Assembly: GCA_029953675.1 (NCBI GenBank)
Contig: JAMWBK010000002.1
Span: forward strand, 1,922,001-1,986,000
Source of the DNA: Rhodosorus marinus CCMP1338
Taxonomy: Eukaryota; Plantae; Rhodophyta
DNA length: 64,000 bases
Reading direction: 5' to 3'
The stretch's first letter is position 1, and each line of letters opens with the position of its first letter. Below are positions 38,040 to 49,352 of this stretch, piece by piece. Position numbers and translations under genes: made by a program. The notes beneath the pieces are model-generated. The model was not told the DNA's origin. It worked only from the letters and a program-made list of their open reading frames with translations, and searched no databases.

Positions 38040-39100
38040 GACTTAGACACCTCCTGCTCTCTCTGAGCCGAGCAAGCCTAGCAAAGGCTCAGAATGGAAC
38101 TGTTTACACGAGATTGCTCAGAATGTAAAGCTCTATTAAAGTAAGAGCGCAACAGCTTCTTCTTCGTGACCCTTTCTTGGAGACCAATCTTGCTCGACCT
38201 CCAAGGGTCTTTCATAACCGTGTCATCCTCCCTCAAAATTAGATACCTCCTGCTCTCACCCAACTGAGCACGCCTAGAAAAGGCCCAGAACGAACAGAAC
38301 GGTTTGCATGAGATTGGTCTCGACGTAAAGCTTCAACGAAGAGCAAGCTGTTGGAGACCAGTCTGGCTCGATCTCTTATTTTTAAGGGGTCCTCATCTCC
38401 CTCCTCCAATCTAGATACCTCCTGCTCTAATCGAACTGAGCGGGAGGCCTACCGATCCGTTTGCATGAGATTGTTCACGACCTAAAGGTTCTTCTTCGAT
38501 GAACTTTTTGCAGACCAGTCTGGTTCAATCTCTACTACATGTGGGTGTGCTAACCGTTTGTGGCTCCCTTGCGTTCGTGAATCGCATCCTTGACGCTGAT
38601 GCTCCCTAGTCAAGTAAATCCTTGCTTAGATACCTGCGTCAGTGCTGATGTTATTGATCATGCCAAATGATGCCACAGTCGCCTGTAGCATTCACATGCG
38701 GTAGATGGTATCATCGCCAGGTATCTCCAACGGAAACGTAGGTCCAGTACTTATGTCTCGAAGGGCTTAGATCGCCTCCTTCGATTTGTAAGTACCTCTT
38801 ACTCCGCAAAACTCGCCAAGGCAGTCGAGCGCCTTGACCGGAACAGTTTGGATGAGATTGTTCAGGATGAGGACGTGAAAGTCCTTCTTCGATGAAGTTT
38901 TTCTAGAGCAGTCTGGCGCGATCTCTAAGGGTCTTCATCACCCTCATCTGATCTAGATATCTCCTGCTCTCTCCGAACTTGGCAAAGGCTAGGCAAAGGG
39001 CCAGAACGGAACAGCTTTGAAGATGAGCGTGGGCAGGACGAGGACGTGAAGCTTCTCCTTCAATAAAGTTTTTGAAGACCATTGTGGCGATCGAAGCGGA
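38040..39100. repeat. Decayed dispersed-tandem repeat array, about 5-6 units of ~160-200 bp
   Basis: Core TAGATACCTCCTGCTCT-like at 38044, 38240, 38412 and 38954, with weaker copies near 38627 and 38790. Second motif TTTGCATGAGATTG-like at 38103, 38303, 38460 and 38847. Third motif AGACCAGTCTGGCTCGATCTC-like near 38180, 38355, 38512 and 38906. Confidence 0.85.
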
Positions 39101-39180
39101 GGTTACGGTGATACCTGCCTGCCCATAGATGATGAACAACTTGAACTGAAGCAAAGCTGAGGAGAACGGTTTGGGAATCG

Positions 39181-41355
39181 ATGATGAGCGATTCTGATGT
39201 TTTGAGGAGTCGTGAAGATCATGTGTGGCAGTCTTGCTCGAGTTTGAGAGCGTGGACAGGTGGATCAGACGGAGCTAGCTTCTGTGCGGATCCAATCGGA
39301 CCTCTTCTGAAGATCAATCCTGACGCAATCTTCTCTCTTGATGAGAGCTCTGCCAAGGCCTTCAGCAATACGTCGACTGCTCTACAACGCCTGGCTGCAG
39401 AGCAGCTGAAACGTCAAAGGCAAGTGTGGAAGCGCCGTTCATGTCAAACGGAAACCGTACCTTTTGTTTGCTCAAGCTTTGTTCTCCGGGAACTCTGTAG
39501 GTATGGTGACGCAGTACGAGTATTGAAAGCAAATGCATTGTGCCTTGAAGTTCTACAGCGGGTCAAGTACTCTGATGAACAAGTTGCGGCAGCTTCTTGG
39601 ATTCGTTCCAAGCTTCTCAACGCGATCGCAAAGGTGATGAATGGTGAGTCTTCGTGAGATAGACACGACCGATGTAGAGCTCTGCGTCGTCTCTGACAGG
39701 CTGGGGTCCGTTTCTAATCTCAGGTGAAGAGCTTTCTGCTATAGAAGGAATGGAAGAAGACATCTGGCAGGGCTTGATGAATTCGTCATCCCAAGAAGTG
39801 TGGTTCTGGGCTGTAGTCTACGGCTGGGCGAGCCTTTTTCTTGTCCTCGGCGACTTGAACAAGTCCCGACGCCTTCTTTCTGAACTGATGACCCGCAACG
39901 GATCTTATAGAGCCAAAGACGTGAACTCAATGGCGGCGAGAGTGACATTGCTCCTGTCTGAACGTAGGATAGGAACATCGATCGCTTCCATTCTCGACCC
40001 AAGGAACGAAGAGCTGAACCCCGTCTTTGCTGAAAATCTCTCTCCAGGGAACGGAGTTGGTTCAGTTGAGGAGGCCTTAAACTTTTGGGAAAGAAGCCTA
40101 GTACTCGACGCAAATCGACCAGGATCACTTTGGGCCTCATCGTCATGTCTGCAGATAGCCGGTCTGCACAAGCAGAGCGCTGATCTTCTGCTTTGTCTTG
40201 AAGACTCTCTCAAACTTGGTCAGCGTCAAACGGAGCCGTATGTGCTGGAGGTTCCGAGTAGGTTTTGCTCTCCTCGTTCACATCCCACCTCTGTTTCTTC
40301 CCGACTAACTCCATCGAACCCTTGCAGCAGCGAGAGGCAAGTTCAAGGTGGCTAGGGATTCTTTGGATGAGGAGTCAGTCCAGGAAGCAAGAGCCAGGCG
40401 TAGTGCGTGTATTTCGAGTCACGACAGCCGTTTGCAGGCTTTGCGCAGCTACAATGAGCTTCTAGGCGACCGTGAACCAGGTCCAAAAACAACTCGAATG
40501 GTGCTCGAGAGAGCTTGGTTGCAGACTTTCCTCGGAGATCATGACGCCGCTTTAGCAGATCTGGACTCGGTGGTCCCCAAGAGGTTAGCTTTACAGCACA
40601 CAAAGAACAAACACGCCCGGGTCTCTGAGAGTTTCTCGCCCACCGTCCCTTCGTGTACAGTCCCCGTGAAATCGTTATGGGAGAAATGTGCCGGGCAAAT
40701 GCTCTTGTGTGTAGAGATGATTTCACCGGAGCACACGAAGCCCTTGAGAGGGCTCAAACCGAATGTACAGCAAGCGATTTCGGTTCACCGGTGGACAGCT
40801 CGAGAAGGTACGCCGCAGTTCAAGAGCTACGCGCACTACTGAACACCAATCAGGGAGTTTTGGTGGCGTCTAATGTGCGAAGGAAGAGGAGATCGCAAAA
40901 GTTCGCAAGGGCTTCGTTCGACACAGCAACTTCGTCACTAGAAACGATTCCCAAGCAATTCAAAAGTTCGAGGACAGGTAAGAGTTTCACGTGAGCTCGC
41001 TTAGTTGATCTTCGCGCAGAACCTGCCAGGGTACTGAAGCCCAGACGCTTTCGAATCCTGTCAACGCGCAATGACAGAAACGATCAAGACAGCAGCAGAA
41101 TTCAACCGTGCAGTGCTCCAGCTGGAGGTCGACGAGATGTCAAAGACATGGCTGGGTTTCCGTGAACTCGGGACACCGGATGCGACGTCAGCATCATACG
41201 GTCTTGAACCCCCAAAGACCCGGTACCATTACCCACGGCTTACTGCTGAGAAGGTTCCCGCCAGCGAGGCTCGCTGGCTCGACGAGGTAGGAGAGGTGGT
41301 TCCCATGAAATCGGCCATGAAACCTTTTGAAGTCGACGCTTATCTTCTTGAATAA
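39181..41355 (+). CDS. Multi-exon hypothetical alpha-helical (TPR-like) protein
   Basis: Successive long ORFs (39181, 39750, 40348, 40653, 41071) can be linked by GT-AG introns (e.g. aagag|gttagc..gtacag 75 nt). Helical motifs include ERAWLQTFLGDHDAALADL and RANALVCRDDFTGAHEALERA. Confidence 0.65.
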
Positions 41356-41598
41356 TGTGAATCCTAGGTGATATTGAGGAAACTACGTGAGCAGCACTTT
41401 GACGACGAGATCCTTGCAAAACTTGAAACCTTGGAAAAGGAGTGGATCGCTGACGTCTCATCGAAACGATAGCAAGAGCATACGTCGTAAATATTTTTTA
41501 ATATCAGTTAACATTAATTAAGTATGGACAGGACAAGGTCCGCTCACCATGCCGGGTCATCTTATTAGATCTGCGACCAAAGTCGAACCTATTGCATT

Positions 41599-44312
41599 CT
41601 AATATGGGACTGGCATCATGAGAGGTGGACATTCGACCTCATGTTCAAGGCCATCTTCCAAGAAAGGCCGAAGTCGTATCGAGTTGATTGCAAAGATAGC
41701 AGCGGCATCGGGGACTTCTTCGCCAACTACCATCAAAGAGTCATTGATCAGGAGAACAAATACAAGACGCGACGTCCGCGGTGGAATCAAGACCCCCGAC
41801 GGACTCCCAGTTGAGTCTTTTCGTTGGGGTGGCCGGTACTGGCGCATGAACGGAGCAGTCACCTAGCAAGAACGCCGATGAGCTCTTCAGGCCCATGTAG
41901 TTCGGTAGAGACGAGCAGGATGTGGTTGTGCTTACCGACAATGAGACAACCTGAGCTTCCTCCTTCGCATTGCTGACCAGGAAGAACTTTGAGGAGCCCT
42001 CTCCAAAGACCTCCAATCTTGCCGATTTGTCTTCACTGTACACAGTTGTCAGCATCTGCATGCTCTTGAGGGATCTCAGAAGAACTCCAGATATGTGCTC
42101 CGTGGGTGTCGAGTCCTCATCTAATCTTTCAACCTCCACCGCCTTCGACGACAATATACTACATCCGGAATAAGATTCTCCTTCAGATGCACAAAAAATC
42201 GTTCGGGCTTCCGCATGATGCATTGACACATACCAAATACTGAGACTAAATCCTGTCGGAGTCTTGGGATCAAATGAAAATGGCCAGATAACATAGTCTT
42301 CTCCAGAATTTTCATAGGAGCTACTCGCCTCGAGCATGACCTCGAAGTGAGCATCCCGGACACACCCTCCATGTACAGTCTTCGTGACTGAAGCTACTTT
42401 CCCTTCCCTCCTCCTGCACAATGCCATACTAATCTGGGCCGATCTGAGGCAGCACCCAGCAAACAACGTAAAAAAAAAAAAAGTTAAGGCGCCTGATGTA
42501 GACTCATGTAGACGTTCAATCTTCGACTACCGCCGACGAAGCTCACCTCAAACTTCGTCCTCTGCTACTCTTTTGTACAAACATAATATAAGCCCAGGCG
42601 TTCTCCGATGCTCTCAGGACCACACACCCACCAAGTCCAACGTTCGGTACGACTGTGGACTTCCAATTCATGTGCGCCTTGCAAACATCCACCAGAGTAA
42701 ATCGGAGCAAGAAGTCAGGGTAACTCATCCAGAAAGTACCATCGTTCTTATCGCCCTTGTTTAACAGTTTTCTCAGCTTAGGCGTCCACATCTGCAGATC
42801 AAAAGTACGACGGATGGACCTGGTTTCAGCAGAATTCAGTGCAGCCCGGCCGTTTGGCATCTGCTACCTCAGAGTTGCCGCCCCATGCACCTTTCCACTC
42901 CCGCTTTCCCCACGGATTGCGGATTCGAAGTACACGAAGGGATCCGTCATCAGCTATATGATCTTCCACGTTATCTTGAGGACGAGGCTGCGAGGTATCG
43001 GCCTACAGAATCACATCGCGGAGATTTTGTTAGCATCTAGCGGTTTTTCTTTCTTCTCCAAGTTCAGTCTCATTCCGCTTCTATGAATCGTTCACCGACG
43101 GTATCCGTTTTCTAGGAAAGTACTCATGCATCTTCGTCTGAATCCCGGGCAGCAGTCCAGTGAGAGTCTTCACCTCGAGGATAGAGTAGGCGTGCATGCC
43201 AACGAGTCCGTCACCACCAGTCGCAGTTGCACATCCCATTGGAAACTGGCTGGATGAGAAAGATACCAGCCTCTCCCAAGTTTCGTTCGAGTCGAAAGTC
43301 GAAGAGGAGAAGGAAATCGTCTCCGTTGGACATGCCGTGAGCTCCAACATCGCTTCAGCTATTTCGCCTCCGGAGATTGACCAGTATGAACCATGTGCTT
43401 TGGCATAGGCCTTCTCAAGGAGAGGAACCCAAAGCTGATCTCTGCTTGTTTGTGAGAAGGCAGGCAGATCCCCTTTCATAGGGAGGTGGTCATCAATGTC
43501 GTAGACTTGCCACTGTCCGTCAATGAACAGTCGGAACGAGTATTTTCCTATGTCTGAAGGCTGTACGTATGTGTTGTTTTTTTCAGTGCTGGCTTCAGCT
43601 CTACAAGCTCTGGAGTTTACAGGCACAGACCGAGACAGGCTTACCTCCTGTGTTAATGCAACTTGGTTTATCAGGTCCGGTCTTTCGGCGAGCACAGCTA
43701 GTGCGGAGAGAAACCAACAGTCCCCAACTGATCCTTGCTTAACGTCCAGGGAACTAAATCCGATCGTAGGTTTCACTAGAGTCCATCCTTTTGACGGGGA
43801 AAACCGTTGCCATCTCATTCCTTTCCCGAAGTTTGACCGCCTCAAGACGTATGGGCCGATTGTGTTCTCAGGCGCCCACATGAAGAACCCGCACTGTCTC
43901 TTTCGGCATCCGTAGAATAGTTTTCCTATACAACAGCGAGAAGACCGAGTGAATAGAGACAGTTTATGCCCCCAACGCATAGGATCCAACTGCAGAGAAG
44001 AACAACGGAAGATGTCAGGCTCATACCCTGGTTTTTACCGTCCTTCCTAACGGTATTCAACCTGGCTTGCATCTTGCAATGGCAGCTCAGAGCTTCAGTT
44101 TTGTTTGCCTGCCGTTCAAACTCTGGGGATGTCTCCAAACCCGATAGTGAGACGCGGGAGGGGGGAAACTCTGGATCAATGAACGTAGGAGAAGCAGGAG
44201 AAGCAGGAGCGCCAACTTCCCCAACAAGCTGCTGGCAGATTGAGATCGGAAGTTCCATCCAGACACTCTCGTCCACCCCATCCGGAACAGGTGGACGTCG
44301 TTGGTCGTCCAT
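41599..44312 (-). CDS. Calpain-family cysteine protease: UBM-like motif + zf-GRF + CysPc (intact C/H/N triad) with PIP-box insert + SOL/calpain-15-like C-terminus
   Basis: PDGVDESVWMELPISICQQL (UBM-like); FIDPEFPP; CHC..A...TVRKDGKNQG|KLFYGC...CGFFMW (zf-GRF); QGSVGDCWFLSAL (Cys 43717-43719); WVPLLEKAYAKAHGSY; HAYSILEV (His 43192-43194); RIRNPWGKREWKGAWG (Asn 42916-42918); DGTFWMSYPDF. Confidence 0.9.
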
Positions 44313-45355
44313 CGAAGACCAGCAACAATAATCAAAGTCATCAACCTCTCTCCATTGCTGTTTAGGCCTCAGTACAACAGGGGGCGAGGGTTTTGCAATC
44401 TTCCATAGCCTGCGCAAGACCGCTACCTTAGGCTACAATCAAGCAAGCAAGACGCCTTCGAATCCCATGGCGCGCACGTCCGTCCGCGTGGTAACCGAGC
44501 GTCAGCTTCATAGCAGCGAGACATCCGCAAGCAAGATAAGTCCTGTGATCGGCGCTCCAACACGCCAACCCGTCATGTTCGATGAAATCTGCACACTCGG
44601 GTTTTATATCTCTGTTTGCTGCAGAAGCTTCGGAAGACTACTCCTTAGGAAGCGTCCGGAGTAAGGGGGACAAGGGTGCCTTCCGAAGCTTGCGCAACAA
44701 CAAACACGAAAGTGTTTAGAGAGTTACAATTAACCGAATCAGACCTTTATTCGAGGGCTAATAGCCCCAAGAAAGGGAGAACAGCACTCTTGAGCCTCAT
44801 GAATAAGGGTGGCTAAATTCCAGGGCAAGAATTAAACTAAGGGATGGGAAGCACAAGCAAGTTGAACCCTAAAGTACTCACGCAACCAGACGACGCAAGC
44901 ACTGTCCACAAGCACAAATCATTCAACGACGAGCGGTACAGGCGATCCGCGAGAGCCGATTTTAAGTACCCTACAGCATCGGGAAGAGCTTTAGCGTAAA
45001 CCTTCCAGCACGTTGCATTGCTCTCTAGCAGGCGCCAAGCAACTTGAATCAAGCAGTTAACTGCTTCGTATGGAGAACTGTGGCGTGAAATGTTACTCTT
45101 TTAAAATTGTCGTAGTTCTCGTCGTCTACCTCGGCAAAACGAATATTTTGTAAGCATCCTTCGCGATACACTAGTCTTGCAGTCTTATCTATTCCGCACT
45201 AATTCTTCGTCTCAGGAAGTGGCAAGACTAATCGGTTCTATTAATCTAATCAGTTATGGAATTCTCCTCTTGATCTGAGTCATAAGAAAAAAACCACGGG
45301 TGCACGGGATGCGTCAACGTCCGCACCTCGCAACTCGCTTGACAAGGGCGATCAG

Positions 45356-46059
45356 CTATAGTGGCCTACCTCGGGCGGTTCGCATAGAGCCGCTCAGGGG
45401 GGAAGCCCCCTCCTTCGCGTGCCGTAACTCATCAATATCGTGGACAGGAGGATTGTACTGCTCCCTGGAAGGTTGTCTTATCGCACGTGCAACTTTGCTT
45501 TCTAGCTCCCCTGAGTCAGCTGATCTCGACGGACGTTGAAGCTCCTCTCGTGGTGAAGACTCAAGATGTCCAACCTCGCTGCTGTGCCTTCCAACTGCGG
45601 ATCTCTTCGAGCTGTAGAGCGAATCCGTCCCGGACTCCTCCAATACCTGCGTCTTTGGGTGCGACGGTTTACCGCCAGCCGAGTTCTTCATAATGTCGTC
45701 TGCAGAGTCGAAAAACTTTCGCTCGTGCTGTAGTGGTAATAAATCAGGAAGACACAAAAGGACGCCGTTTAGCAATTTGTGTATTGTCATGAGTGCCAAG
45801 GATTCCACATAGGCCGTTGAACGAATGACTGAGTGCAGGCCATGGCTTCCCAAGTCTGTGGGGCCTACGTTCAACCTGCCCATTCCTAAATGGAGGTTTT
45901 GGACGCAGTACTAACCAAGCCGTGCATATTCAGGCGTTTCTTCACCAGCAACCTGCGCGCTTCATCTTTTGGTAAGGGACTGCCATATTTAGAGAATTGA
46001 GCCCCTTCAGAAGCCCCGGGCACTTTACTGGGGGACTTCTCATCTGAAACTTGATCCAT
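45356..46059 (-). CDS. ENSA: Endosulfine/ARPP19/Igo1 family PP2A-B55 inhibitor
   Basis: Exon 1 MDQVSDEK...KYGSPLPKDEARRLLVKKRLNMHGL|gttagt, then a ~185-nt intron ending ctacag, then HERKFFDSADDIMKN. This matches the KYG...HER.(Y/F)FDSAD Greatwall-site signature. Confidence 0.85.
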
Positions 46060-46527
46060 TGCGCTGTAGTACCCCGAAAGATCAGGACCCTTCAATAGTC
46101 GGCGCAAAAACAAGCCTACCCTGAACGAAGAAACATCGACACGAAAGGATGTCAATTTATGACGCGAGCCGTCAGTCTCGCCAAGGACGCATATGCAATT
46201 AACGCACCTAGATCAACTGTCGCTCAAAAAAGCATGACCAAACTTCTCCGTAGACCCATACCACCCCGCCCTCCTCCCCCAGAAAACACCCTGGCCTCCC
46301 AGCGCAAACCAGAAGGTACCCTCCCTCCCCCCACCCGCCCTACCTTGCAGCCAACCCCCTCTCTGCACAGTAATTCACACACTGCCAGAAATTCCCAACA
46401 CTTCCCCCCTCAGAAGAAACACAACCCCTAAAACAGCTTCTTTCCCCTCAAAACTTTTATAATCCAAAAACAAATCTTCCCCCTTCTCCCCCACCCACCC
46501 CTAAACCTTCCTTTCTGTATATCCCCC

Positions 46528-46625
46528 TCTATCTCTATCTCTATCTCTCTCTATATATACATATATATATCTCTCTATCTCTATCTCTCTATCTCTCTCT
46601 CTGTCTCGCTCTCTCTGCTCTCTCC
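46528..46625. repeat. Compound (TCTATC)n/(TA)n/(CT)n microsatellite
   Basis: Directly visible low-complexity tract in the ENSA-USB1 divergent intergenic region. Confidence 0.9.
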
Positions 46626-47696
46626 CCTTCCTCACCCTTCCCCTACTCCCCTCCCTCCACAACAAGCTCAATCGCTCATTTCCCAAAAACCCTATACCTT
46701 TTGCACCATTGTCGAACCTCCGACGTGTGGACCCCCCCTTCTCCCTCTCTCCCAAAAATAAATAAAAAATAATAATGACCCTTAGTGAGAAAATCCCAGT
46801 CATTACAAAGATGTTACAATAAAGTTCCAAAATACATATGTGTACATTAGAATTCTTTGTATCTCTTTTCTTTTCATGACGTTGGACTTGACTCTGGGTT
46901 TCTAATCTTCCACCTCGAAGAACAAAACTGAACCACAAAAATCTCATCTGGGAATGAAATGAGGTGGAGATAAGATAATAATTCATAATTTAGGATTTTA
47001 GAAGGTGGTTTTTTCCTCTGTTTTGAGTGTTTCTTTCTTTATTAAAGTATTTGTGCAATTATTTAGGGAATTGCTGAGGAGAAGGTGGCCAAAGTGAGAG
47101 TGCAACGCATCGGGTTTGGAATGGTGGAGGTTGAAGTAGACGAGTCTTTTGTGGACTGAACAACCTGGGTCACACGACGGATCAATGTTTTTAAGAAAAA
47201 CATGAGGAAAGCTGATCCATCCCCCCCCTTAGCCCGAGGAGATGATAACGTTCTCTCGCGCTTGAGATCGATAGTGGGAAAGGATTTTAGATCGAGATGT
47301 CCCAAACTAGCTTGAGGAGGGTCACGCCTCAGTGAGCGGTTTCACACCTTGTGGGCGGAGATGTCCTGGTGGGATTAGAACTGAAAATCGATCCGAATGC
47401 AGGATAGATCTCTGGTGAGTGGTTCAAGGATCCAGAATAGGAGCTTAAGAGTGAAGCAACCATCATTAGAAGCTTCAGTTGATAGAGTGCTGGGGCTCAT
47501 GGTGGCGTGGAGTTTCTAATGGGATCGCAGGATTCTATGTCGCTCACGGGGGAGTGAGGAGGCTGCGGAAAGAACATTTTGCCTAAGGGTATTCCGGACA
47601 AAAGCTCAAGATCCGGTGGAATGGCCATCGGAGAAATTTCAACGTGAGAAAAATGGGTAGCATTTGTCACCAAGAGGTTGTAGGCGCTATCCGGTT

Positions 47697-48606
47697 ATGG
47701 AAGCGATAGCTGGATATGGACTGAGCTCATCAGAGAGTAGGGACTCGGGAAGTGCATCTTCTCTTAGCGACTTTGAAGCTGGTCCTCCTGCGCCTCCTCC
47801 CCCTGAAGCTCTGATCAAGGACGAGAGTGGGAAACACAACAAGGCGTTAATCAACGAAGAGCGTTTCTTTGTTCGCGAAAGGATACCGACTTTGATATTC
47901 GTCCGGTTGCCAGATTCCTTCGCTGATCATGCGAACAAGGTAATAGCTCCACAACTTGTCGACTCGATGGGATGCTCTGAAATTTTTAACTGATGGGTTG
48001 CATTTCAATTTCCTTGTTACCTCTTTAGGTCCTGACGGAAATCTTTCCCAGTTTTAACATAACCGACATCCATTGCGTAGGAGAAGATACACCTTTGCAC
48101 GTGTCTCTTTCACGTCGGCTACGTTTAAAGCAAGAGGATGCTCATCAACTTTTGTCTGAGCTGAAAGCGAACTTAAAAAGGTCAGGCGAAGTCAGATGCA
48201 GTCTGTTCTCGGTCAGAGGCTTCAAGAATGAAGGCAACCGCCGCAGCTTTGTAGGACTACCTGTTTACGGGGGATTCACCCACTTGGTATGGAAATGGTT
48301 TCCCAATCTGAAAGTAATTCCTTATGCTAGTTGACATCCAAAAATTTACTACGATTGACGTCTGTGCCATAGTTGGAGCTTGTCAAAATCGTCAATTCGG
48401 CCCTCAAGAAGCTGAATTACAGACCGTTTCACAAGCACCCACGGCCTCATGCGTCTATTGCCTGGCAGGATGGGCCAGAACTCTACGAAAAACTGAAAGC
48501 AGGAAACCTTCGTCGAGCTGTGGAGGACCTCGGTCAGCTCGAACTTCAAGTTGCCGCTGTTGAACTTCGAATTGGAACTATTGTCCACGCAATACCACTC
48601 GGTTGA
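47697..48606 (+). CDS. USB1: U6 snRNA phosphodiesterase (2H family)
   Basis: MEAIAGYGLSSSES start; first 2H motif LHVSLSR; F.NEGNRRSFVGL; second motif PHASIAW; ends IGTIVHAIPLG*. Two GT-AG introns. Confidence 0.88.
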
Positions 48607-49352
48607 AGACGATGGTCCAAGATCACTCCCCACCTAACATTGTGATAGAACCTTTTCCGCAAACAAAAACAGTCTCGCCTTCCACGGATTGCGCGGCCAA
48701 ACTACCCCAGGTCTGAGTCTAATAAACACCACCATATACCAGCCGAAGTACTGATCCCGCGCTAAAGCCGTCCAAACGCCGACCCTACTAGCCAATCTAC
48801 TATGATAAGCAAAAGCTCCCTCTCCCCATCCACATCTCAATATCTCAATCCAATGTTGATAAGCAATAATGGCCAAACAATTTTAATCCAAATCAAACAA
48901 CAATGTATCATCGCCAAATGTGACCATGCCTACCGTGCGCGTCCCACACAATAACATTGGCCAAAAGCTTGGCCCAAAGCTTGGCCCCCAAAGGACCCCT
49001 CAAAATAAACAAAAAACTATTTAATGTCTATTCAGGGTTTTGCCATTTGGAGTCTTGGGACAGCGTGTCTGGAATGTCTTTTTTCCCGTTGTAAGAAGGC
49101 CTAGTGGAGTTGGGGAAGGGGGTGAAGATAGGGCTGGACTTTTGAGATGAGGAAGGTGAAATTTGTATAACTGGTAGAATATTTGATACTATTTGAATGA
49201 ATGGTGTAAACATGCTATGTATCTGAGGAAGAAGGAGGTGTTATTTAGTGTAGCGTTTTTAGTGTTTTGTTTGGACTGGCAATAGGTCTTTTTTGGCGTT
49301 CTCTTGTTTTTTTTTTTTATTAGACGTGCAGTGTTTGAAGGTAGAAGGAGAA

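Noticed and set aside
38044-38970. Repeat array considered as a possible CRISPR-like array
   Set aside because: The units are long (160-200 bp), similar along their whole length and degenerate, with no unique spacers and no cas genes, in a eukaryotic context.
44837-45052. 71-aa minus ORF WKVYAKALPDAVGYLKSALADRL...
   Set aside because: It has a non-ATG start, no recognisable motif and no supporting splice or promoter signature.
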